Source: a bacterium (GTDB lineage: Bacteria; Zixibacteria; MSB-5A5; GN15; FEB-12). From it: a stretch of DNA of 64,000 nucleotides. Both the position numbers and the translations under genes were made by a program. Each line of letters starts with the position of its first letter. Position 1 is the first letter of the stretch. The notes beneath the pieces were generated by a model, which saw only the letters and a program-made list of their open reading frames with translations, had not been told where the DNA came from and searched no databases. Below are positions 57,395-64,000 of this stretch, one piece after another. The stretch is taken from NCBI GenBank assembly GCA_043811375.1, contig JBDRNJ010000072.1:64001-128000 (forward strand), written 5' to 3'.

Positions 57395-59055
57395 GGCCGG
57401 AGAATCTCCACCTGGAACTGGGTATTGATCGGCGAACGCGACTTGAGAAAACTTGTCAGACGCTTCCGCAACAAGTTGATTTCATCTTCACAATGAAACC
57501 GGTCATGCTCGACATTGACTCGAACAACTATACAGCGTCGGACGCCACGGGGTCCCCGCTCGACACCATTGGAGCATTCGGCTTTTTTTATCCGGGGGTC
57601 AAAGGTGAGCGTCCAGTCGGCCAGTTCCGGAAAGCCCAAAGCTCGATCTCGGTTACGCAGCCGGGAGGTAACCTCGGTTACGATTTGCGCCTCTGTCCTG
57701 GCCGGGACCGCCCCGGTCGTGGGGATAATGTTTTCGACCGCTTCTATCCCGGGGTGACTGTCGTATAGTTCGTTGATTTCGCCGATCTCAATGCCGTTGG
57801 CGCTCACTCCTTCCGTAACCGTGTAAGTAACGGAGATAGAATCGGGCGGTTGGTCGATACCGGTGGCGAAATCAAACCACAGCACCAGTTTCCCCTGCCG
57901 GTCCTCCAGCGAATAATGGCCGCCCCGGTGATCAGGGTGTATCTGATGTACGGCCACATACTCCCGACCATCAGTATCAACCACACCGGTGATATCCAAG
58001 ATGTCGGCTATAGGTTCGGGCAGTTCCACTTCCACCAGCCGGTTGGAACCGGTATGCTTAAACAGTTTCAATTCGTTTTTATTGACGGCGATCAGAGCGT
58101 CAAAGCAGAAGTCCAGGGGCGATTTGAAATCGGATCGATCACCACCGGCCGGGAGGTCAAGTCGCACCCAGTAGTGATTCTCCCGGAGAGTATCGCTGCT
58201 TATACCGCTGCCGTCAAGCTGCCGCAGCAACCGGGGATCGGGTGTGCCCATCTCCCAGGTTACCGCGAATGACTCAGGAAGCGTGACGAAGCCGTCTTCC
58301 AGCGGTCCGAATAACTCGGCACCGGTTCTCAGACCACCCCAGTCACGGTCATCTCCGTCGACGCCCACAACATCGTCAATACTGCTGGTTAATCCCGGAC
58401 AGAAACCACAATCCTCATAGAATGAACCCTGGCGTGAACCGGGGTACCAGCGCGCCCACCGCAACCGGCGTTGGATCGGCAGTGAAGCTTTCAGGAACAA
58501 CACGGCTCCGGCCAAATCAGACGGCTTACCACTGTAGTCAACCGCGACATATAGCTGACTGGGATCAGCCGACGTGTCCCGGACGTTCGCCGGTGGCGTT
58601 ACCGGGGCAGCCCCCGGCTGCCGGGGTGACAGGTCGATTACCCGGTCACCCTGCTTCAGGAAAACATGTTTCACACTGGCGGCGAACACCCTTTCGTTCT
58701 TCAGGGGAGAGAAATAGAGTGTTCGCCCTCCTTCACGTTTTTCCTTGTAGAAGAAACGGGTGTGCGTGTCAACTTCGACCACCGGATCTATCGGCCGGCA
58801 GCGCACCACCGTGTGAGCCGGGATCGGCCATCGGCTGCACTCGGGGGCCAGCGATCTGATCAATGCGCCGGCTGCATATTGCCAGGTTCCGTGAAGCTTG
58901 TCATCGATACCGGCCAATTGGTACGAGTATAGCTGCAAGAAAATTCTAACCAGCGGGTCCAGTCGTTCCGGCGACTGAGGTACCTGGCTGTCGAAAGACC
59001 GCAACTGGCGGTGCATGTCACTGAATATCTGTTCCGGCGATCGTGTTCGACTCAT
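57391..59055 (-). CDS. tssF: T6SS baseplate subunit TssF
   Basis: DPLVRIFL...LAPE...PIPAHTV...FSP, and a gp6-like C-terminus (GVSANG, RLRNRDRA). Confidence 0.78.
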   Translation of the reverse strand: MSRTRSPEQIFSDMHRQLRSFDSQVPQSPERLDPLVRIFLQLYSYQLAGIDDKLHGTWQYAAGALIRSLAPECSRWPIPAHTVVRCRPIDPVVEVDTHTRFFYKEKREGGRTLYFSPLKNERVFAASVKHVFLKQGDRVIDLSPRQPGAAPVTPPANVRDTSADPSQLYVAVDYSGKPSDLAGAVLFLKASLPIQRRLRWARWYPGSRQGSFYEDCGFCPGLTSSIDDVVGVDGDDRDWGGLRTGAELFGPLEDGFVTLPESFAVTWEMGTPDPRLLRQLDGSGISSDTLRENHYWVRLDLPAGGDRSDFKSPLDFCFDALIAVNKNELKLFKHTGSNRLVEVELPEPIADILDITGVVDTDGREYVAVHQIHPDHRGGHYSLEDRQGKLVLWFDFATGIDQPPDSISVTYTVTEGVSANGIEIGEINELYDSHPGIEAVENIIPTTGAVPARTEAQIVTEVTSRLRNRDRALGFPELADWTLTFDPRIKKAECSNGVERGPRGVRRCIVVRVNVEHDRFHCEDEINLLRKRLTSFLKSRSPINTQFQVEILRP

Positions 59056-59087
59056 ATCGGTTCTTTTGCTCTCTGGCTGGTGGTCAG

Positions 59088-59462
59088 TCAGGCCAGGGTG
59101 TAACTGGCCTGAAATTTTTTCTCTTCATTGCCGTCCCGGTAGTTCCCGCTGACCTTTACCACCAGACCCAGCGCGTGGGATCGGTTATCACCCAGGCTCA
59201 CGAAAGACACCGATACATCCGACAGCCGTTTCTCAAACTTGTCGATGGCGTTGCGTAAGCTGGATCTGATGTCAGCTTTGTTGGCCACAATGATATCGGA
59301 GTATTCCTTCTCCCAGAGACTACAGCCGAATTCGCGATTGAAGGGTATCATGCCGACCCGCGTGGACAAAAGCAGACCGATGGAGTATTGCAACGACTGG
59401 TGCAGGTCAGTTCGGGGCAGGTAGCCATCACGCAGGATCAGCGGTAGTGCCAGGTACTCCAT
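59088..59462 (-). CDS. tssE: gp25-like baseplate protein TssE
   Basis: Motifs SIGLLLSTRVG, EFGCSLW and AIDKFEKRL. Confidence 0.85.
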   Translation of the reverse strand: MEYLALPLILRDGYLPRTDLHQSLQYSIGLLLSTRVGMIPFNREFGCSLWEKEYSDIIVANKADIRSSLRNAIDKFEKRLSDVSVSFVSLGDNRSHALGLVVKVSGNYRDGNEEKKFQASYTLA

Positions 59463-59471
59463 GGTTCGGGC

Positions 59472-61238
59472 TCAGTTGATCTTGACCAGGGTGCCTTTTA
59501 CGGTCACTATGGCGCCGCCTTCCAGAGTGGCGTTGAGACCGGCCTTGACATCACAGTTCATACTTCCCTCGGCTTTCAGACTACCTCCGGCTTTCAGTTG
59601 GGTATCCCGGGTGCTCTCAATGGACACTCCAGCCTGTGACTTGACGGTTACATCACCGCTGGTGCTCTCGAGGCTTATATTGGCACCTTTGAGGCTTATG
59701 TCTCCGTCACTCTCAATACTGATTTTGGGGCCGTCGAGTGTCAGAGTAATGGCGTTCTTGTTGTCCTTCTGCACGACAACAATTGACTCGGAACCGGAGG
59801 TGTCGTCGAAATAGATCTCGTTGCCGCTTTTGGTACGGAAGAGTTTGAGGTTATTGTCGGCGCCGCTCCAGCTAACCGGATGGTCCAGCGGGGGTACATC
59901 CCTGCCGTTGTACAAACTGCCCAGCACCAGTGGTTGCGACGGTCGCCCCTGTTCGTAAGCGATCAGCACCTCATCATCAACCTCCGGCAGACAAAACAAG
60001 CCTTTTTTTTCGCCGGCGTGATGAGTAAGCACCCGCAGCCAGACATCCGGCTCGGCGGCCGATCCACCCTTGACATTCCAGTGCAGTTTCACCTTAACGC
60101 GGCCGAGCTGGTCGGGATCATCGGTGTCCGTCACCAACGCCGTCTGCAGGTCCGTAAATGGTCTCGCCATGAATTTGCGTTCGGGAAAGGCCAGGTCCAG
60201 CGGTGTGCATACAAACGTATTATGATACTTGCCGCTTTCGTCAAAGAGATGGCTAACCGATTTAACCCAGAAGTTGCCGTCCATCTGATCCATGCCCTTG
60301 ATTTTGACGCAACGACCCGCTTTGATCGCCGGAACAATCGACAATCCCCGGCAGGTCACTATTCGGCCGACGGCGCTCTCCCTGACCAGGGTCAGCGCGT
60401 CATCGAGCTCGGACTGGCTGGCTGCCTGGTGTCGCGGCGAGAAGTTCGCTGACGCATACATTTCCTGCGAGGCGTCGTGAGCAACTTTCGACATATCCGA
60501 CAGCGATGTTCTTAGGGCGCCGGAGGTCTCACTGTCAAAGACCTCTTTCTTGGGATAGTTGAAGGCCTGGGAACATATTTTTTCAGGACCGGTGCCCAGT
60601 CCCATGGCAAATGATCCCAGTGTCTCCCGCCAGACAAGTTCTTCGCTGTCGGCACTGCCGGCTTTGGCCAGGTGAAACTCCTGGCCGTCATAGAATGCGA
60701 ACATCCCGGCCGTTGAGGCCAGCCGCATGATGTAGCGGTAGTCCGTTTCACGATACTGCACACTGTACGCCAGCGTACCGTTGGTTGATTCGATTTTGCC
60801 TACCGTAACCGGGTAATTACCGATGATACTGTTGACAATGTCACTGGCGCTTTGTTCGTGGTACAGTGCATTCTGGCCCGCGCCATCGGCCGCGATAGTC
60901 GGGCTGTGCGCGGTCACCAGCACCGTGTTCAAGCCGTCGATGCTGTTGTCCAGGTTTACCTGAGTGACCATTCCCACGAACTCCAGCAGCCGGCCGGAAT
61001 CCACCACTCCCCCCAGAGGCGTGATAGTCACCGCCACGGACTTGCCCAGGAAAGCCGTAAATGTGGTCGGATCACCAAAGTCCCGGTCCGCAGCCACCTT
61101 GCCCAGTTGTCGCAGACGAACCTTTAGAACATGATGATCATCCACGAACTGATCCAGCTGGACCGACGAGATATCGTGCTTGATCTCTTTGCCGTCAATG
61201 CGAATCCGGCATTCCGCCGAAGTCTGTAGTGTTGCCAT
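59472..61238 (-). CDS. vgrG: VgrG spike protein, no C-terminal extension
   Basis: Motifs VQYRETDY, DPDQLGRVKV, LPEVDDEV.IAYEQG.P..P.VLGSLY and RTKSGNEI, plus gp5 beta repeats ending VKIN. Confidence 0.92.
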   Translation of the reverse strand: MATLQTSAECRIRIDGKEIKHDISSVQLDQFVDDHHVLKVRLRQLGKVAADRDFGDPTTFTAFLGKSVAVTITPLGGVVDSGRLLEFVGMVTQVNLDNSIDGLNTVLVTAHSPTIAADGAGQNALYHEQSASDIVNSIIGNYPVTVGKIESTNGTLAYSVQYRETDYRYIMRLASTAGMFAFYDGQEFHLAKAGSADSEELVWRETLGSFAMGLGTGPEKICSQAFNYPKKEVFDSETSGALRTSLSDMSKVAHDASQEMYASANFSPRHQAASQSELDDALTLVRESAVGRIVTCRGLSIVPAIKAGRCVKIKGMDQMDGNFWVKSVSHLFDESGKYHNTFVCTPLDLAFPERKFMARPFTDLQTALVTDTDDPDQLGRVKVKLHWNVKGGSAAEPDVWLRVLTHHAGEKKGLFCLPEVDDEVLIAYEQGRPSQPLVLGSLYNGRDVPPLDHPVSWSGADNNLKLFRTKSGNEIYFDDTSGSESIVVVQKDNKNAITLTLDGPKISIESDGDISLKGANISLESTSGDVTVKSQAGVSIESTRDTQLKAGGSLKAEGSMNCDVKAGLNATLEGGAIVTVKGTLVKIN

Positions 61239-61272
61239 GGGATACTATTCCGGACTGAGAGAGGAAATTGCA

Positions 61273-61301
61273 GTCGGGCGGGATGGCGTCCCGCCCGACC
61301 G
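61273..61301 (-). terminator. Hairpin between tssD and vgrG (attenuator or REP-like)
   Basis: GTCGGGCGGGA-tggcg-TCCCGCCCGAC. Confidence 0.5.
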
Positions 61302-61311
61302 ATTAACCGGG

Positions 61312-61722
61312 TTATTCCTCCCAGCGATTATCAATCTCGGAGTCACCCACTGTCAACTTGTGGCAAGAGACTTCGAAATACTGATATATCTGTTCATCAG
61401 GGCGGTCTTTAACGTGCGGAATAACCTCTTCGTATTTGGTGATGAATCCTTCCTCCCAGACCAACTCCTTCATGGTAGCGTCATCGGGGTTCTTGAACGT
61501 CACCTTGCCACCCTTCCAGTTGGGTTTGCTGGTGTCCATCGCCCAGCGGGCGATATCTACATTACCCTCTTTGTCGGACTCAACTTTTATTTTGATGGTC
61601 CCGGCGTGGGCACGATCCGAGGGACGTCCCGTCTCATCCTTGGCCGTGTACAGGTCGTAAGAAACTTCATACACATTCTTGTAGGTTACGCCATCGATTT
61701 CGAGAACTGGTCTGCGTGCCAT
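61312..61722 (-). CDS. tssD: T6SS tube protein TssD/Hcp (subtype iii type)
   Basis: DETGRPS....GTI.I.VES.......W......K.G.VTF...MKEL.....I.KYEE pattern. Confidence 0.88.
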   Translation of the reverse strand: MARRPVLEIDGVTYKNVYEVSYDLYTAKDETGRPSDRAHAGTIKIKVESDKEGNVDIARWAMDTSKPNWKGGKVTFKNPDDATMKELVWEEGFITKYEEVIPHVKDRPDEQIYQYFEVSCHKLTVGDSEIDNRWEE

Positions 61723-61791
61723 AATCTAACTCCTTACAGGTAGTTTAATTTACAGTTAGAGTTGCCGTCGAATGCCGCTCAACTCCAACGA

Positions 61792-63222
61792 TTACTTGTC
61801 CTTTACGTTCGTCTGGTTGTCCTCGTTCCAGGCGGTGAACTCGATGTTAAACGAACGAGCCGGATACTTCGGGTTCAGAGCTACCTTGATGTCGATTTCC
61901 TGCCGTTTGCGCATTTCCTCGTCGGCGACAATCAAGACCTGGTAGTCCTGCAGAATATTGTCGCCGCCGCTTATCGCATTCATGAACTTGTCGATATCGC
62001 GGCGCATGGTATCAACGAATTTCTGATCAATAACCGAGAAGGTCTGCTTGTTGAGATAGTTGCGCAGAGTTTTGTAGACGTAGTCGTAGGTGCGCCGGAT
62101 CGAGTATACGTTGAACGTCTCCTTGCTGAACAGTGTCGAAGCGCCCATGGCCACTGCCGTTCCTTCGAAATTGACCATCGGGTTAATGCCCTTTTCATTG
62201 ATCTTGCTGGCATCTGGCTGGTTGGCCTTGAAACGCAGGTACTTGGCATCGGCAATCTTACCGTGCTTGTAACCGGCCATCGGCTGTTGCATGCCGACCG
62301 TCGTATCGCCCTGATACATCTTTCCGGCCACTGCCGCTGAGGGTGGGATCCACATGTCGTCATCTTCGTATTGGTTGGCGCCCCGGGCCAGCAGGTAGTT
62401 TGCAAAGACAGAGGCATACTGTTTGTAGTTGTCAATCCCCGGCAGGTTGGCATAGTTCGGGTCTTCCAGCATGTCCATCAGTTCTTCGAACTTCTCGAAG
62501 TTGGGCAGGTCCGTCATCACGTGGACCTTATTAGCCAGGCCCAGTTGTCGGGCCACCATGTCTATATTCTCCACACTACCCAAATAGCCGGGAATCACCG
62601 CCATCGAGAAGCATTCCTTAATACTCCACTCGCGGTAGAGATCGGCGATGGCCTTGGTCAACTGCTCAAACTTCTCCTTGTCGTCGGGGTCAGTCAACTC
62701 ATCACCCGAGACATTGGCAAACCAGGCGTTAACTTTTTCGTCCGGTTCCAGTTGGGCGTTGGCGAAGAACTTGTCGATAGCCCGGTAGGTGGTTTCTATT
62801 TCGCGGCTGGCCCGGTGGACCTTTTTCATGTTCTTGTCGAGATTGGCTTCCAGTTTAGTCGCCTGTTCATTGAGATTCTTGCGGATGTCGTCGATATTGT
62901 CACTTTGGGACAGGTTCTCAATCCACACCTTGAGCCGCTCGGCCAGCAGCTTGCGCTGGGTAGCGAAGTTCTTTTTGGTCAGGAATTCCTTACGTTGGAA
63001 GTCCTTCTTGGGGTCAAGCCATTCGACCCCCCGCACCAGGTCACCATCGGCCGTCTTAAACGACGGCAAGAGGCCGGCTAACTTGCTGAAGTCACCGAAA
63101 GAATCACTGAGTATCGAGGCAAACTCTTCTTCAGAGACTTTTTCAGCGGCGGGGGCCTCGGGTTTTGCTTCGGCGGCCTGTTCCGGCTGCGGTTGCGGTT
63201 GATTTTTTTCCTCTTCACCCAT
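61792..63222 (-). CDS. tssC: T6SS sheath large subunit TssC (DUF5458-like)
   Basis: Motifs ETTYR...FF.N, IPGYLGS, ANYLLARG, WIPPSAAVAGKMY and Q...G.KHG. Confidence 0.88.
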   Translation of the reverse strand: MGEEEKNQPQPQPEQAAEAKPEAPAAEKVSEEEFASILSDSFGDFSKLAGLLPSFKTADGDLVRGVEWLDPKKDFQRKEFLTKKNFATQRKLLAERLKVWIENLSQSDNIDDIRKNLNEQATKLEANLDKNMKKVHRASREIETTYRAIDKFFANAQLEPDEKVNAWFANVSGDELTDPDDKEKFEQLTKAIADLYREWSIKECFSMAVIPGYLGSVENIDMVARQLGLANKVHVMTDLPNFEKFEELMDMLEDPNYANLPGIDNYKQYASVFANYLLARGANQYEDDDMWIPPSAAVAGKMYQGDTTVGMQQPMAGYKHGKIADAKYLRFKANQPDASKINEKGINPMVNFEGTAVAMGASTLFSKETFNVYSIRRTYDYVYKTLRNYLNKQTFSVIDQKFVDTMRRDIDKFMNAISGGDNILQDYQVLIVADEEMRKRQEIDIKVALNPKYPARSFNIEFTAWNEDNQTNVKDK

Positions 63223-63245
63223 TAGTCAATCACCTCCTTCGGTAC

Positions 63246-63686
63246 CTACTCACTCAGCAGGTCGATATAGTATTGGGCTGCTTTCAGCAGCGCTTCTTTT
63301 TTTTCTTTGTCTTTCAGTGTCTTCTTAAGAGCATTATTCTTCTTCAGTTGCTTGTCCAGGTCCGTCATCATTTCCTTGCGGTAGTATGTTTTCTGAAGGT
63401 GGTCGTTCTTTTCGACGAGCTCCTTGGAAGTGAAATCTTTCATCGCCTTAATCTCAAAGTCGGCATTGATCGGTTCGCCCTCTTCGGTCTCCAGTTCGGT
63501 CGAGAAAGACGGGTGGAATTTCTCAAAAACCTCTTTGAGATTGTTGCACCTGACTGGCGATACATCCACTTCTTCGTCGCTGTTCAAGCGAGCAGCGTAG
63601 AGCAGCTTATTGGACGGCAGGAGTTCAACCGGAACGGAATCGTCTCTTTGGATCCGTTCAGTTGCTCCCAGCATGAATTTTGCCAT
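63246..63686 (-). CDS. tssB: T6SS sheath small subunit TssB
   Basis: P.NK.L....L...EVFE.F.P....E.E.EEG...DF pattern, and QLKKNNALK. Confidence 0.82.
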   Translation of the reverse strand: MAKFMLGATERIQRDDSVPVELLPSNKLLYAARLNSDEEVDVSPVRCNNLKEVFEKFHPSFSTELETEEGEPINADFEIKAMKDFTSKELVEKNDHLQKTYYRKEMMTDLDKQLKKNNALKKTLKDKEKKEALLKAAQYYIDLLSE

Positions 63687-63707
63687 TGGCGCCTCCTGTG
63701 AGCTATA

Positions 63708-64000
63708 TTACTTCGAATCTGACATTTTTTTGCTGTTAAACACGTAGGTATCATCCTCGACTTCAATCATGATGTCATCACCCGGTGACACCTTCCCGGT
63801 GATAATGTCCACCGATAACCTGTTGATAATGTCCCTTTCGATAATGCGTTGAATGGGGCGGGCGCCGAGTTCAAAAGTGTATCCGTCGACCGCCAGTTTA
63901 TGTTGAGCCTCGGGACTGAGTGTGACGTGGACGTTCTGGTCTTTCAACAATTGGCAGACCTGGTCGAATTCCAGACCGGCGATAACCTCGACCTGTTCCT
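63708..64000 (-). CDS. Clp AAA+ ATPase C-terminus (probably TssH/ClpV), 5' part beyond the window
   Basis: Frame is open to the right edge; GYTFELGARPIQRIIER (D2-small domain); lies directly upstream of tssB. Confidence 0.75.
   Translation of the reverse strand, partial: EQVEVIAGLEFDQVCQLLKDQNVHVTLSPEAQHKLAVDGYTFELGARPIQRIIERDIINRLSVDIITGKVSPGDDIMIEVEDDTYVFNSKKMSDSK

Noticed and set aside
59088..63686. Prophage tail or extracellular contractile injection system
   Set aside because: No capsid, terminase, tape-measure or lysis genes. A split TssB/TssC sheath, TssK and a Clp ATPase point to a T6SS.

Overview
Bacterial chromosomal segment, probably from an FCB-group organism such as candidate phylum Zixibacteria (inferred from a Cys-flanked dockerin, a Cys-type CcmE and Bacteroidota-like T6SS genes; not confirmed). 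From left to right it contains: a partial DUF512 radical-SAM-like gene; a small decayed island beside tRNA-Gly(CCC) carrying two tyrosine-integrase tail remnants; tatC; a complete classical menaquinone cluster; pepF; a Lys-rich zinc-finger protein; a LonC-type protease; a sigma-54 regulator; a secreted S74-chaperone fibre gene paired with a dockerin gene; the ppi-dxr-rseP-lepB genes; ccmABCDEF; rpiB, ilvE and putP; and a kinase/CsgG/beta-barrel/LRR operon. That operon converges on a type VI secretion locus (51107 to the right edge). The most striking feature is the T6SS. Its tail and baseplate are Bacteroidota-type (subtype iii), but tssK is followed by a TssL-topology protein, a TssM/IcmF-like membrane GTPase and a VirB10/TrbI-like exported protein rather than recognisable TssN/O/P/Q/R. 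This may be an undescribed envelope complex. Two copies of a ~130-140 bp MITE and several REP-like palindromes lie in intergenic spaces. All calls come from motif reading by eye; no database searches were run.
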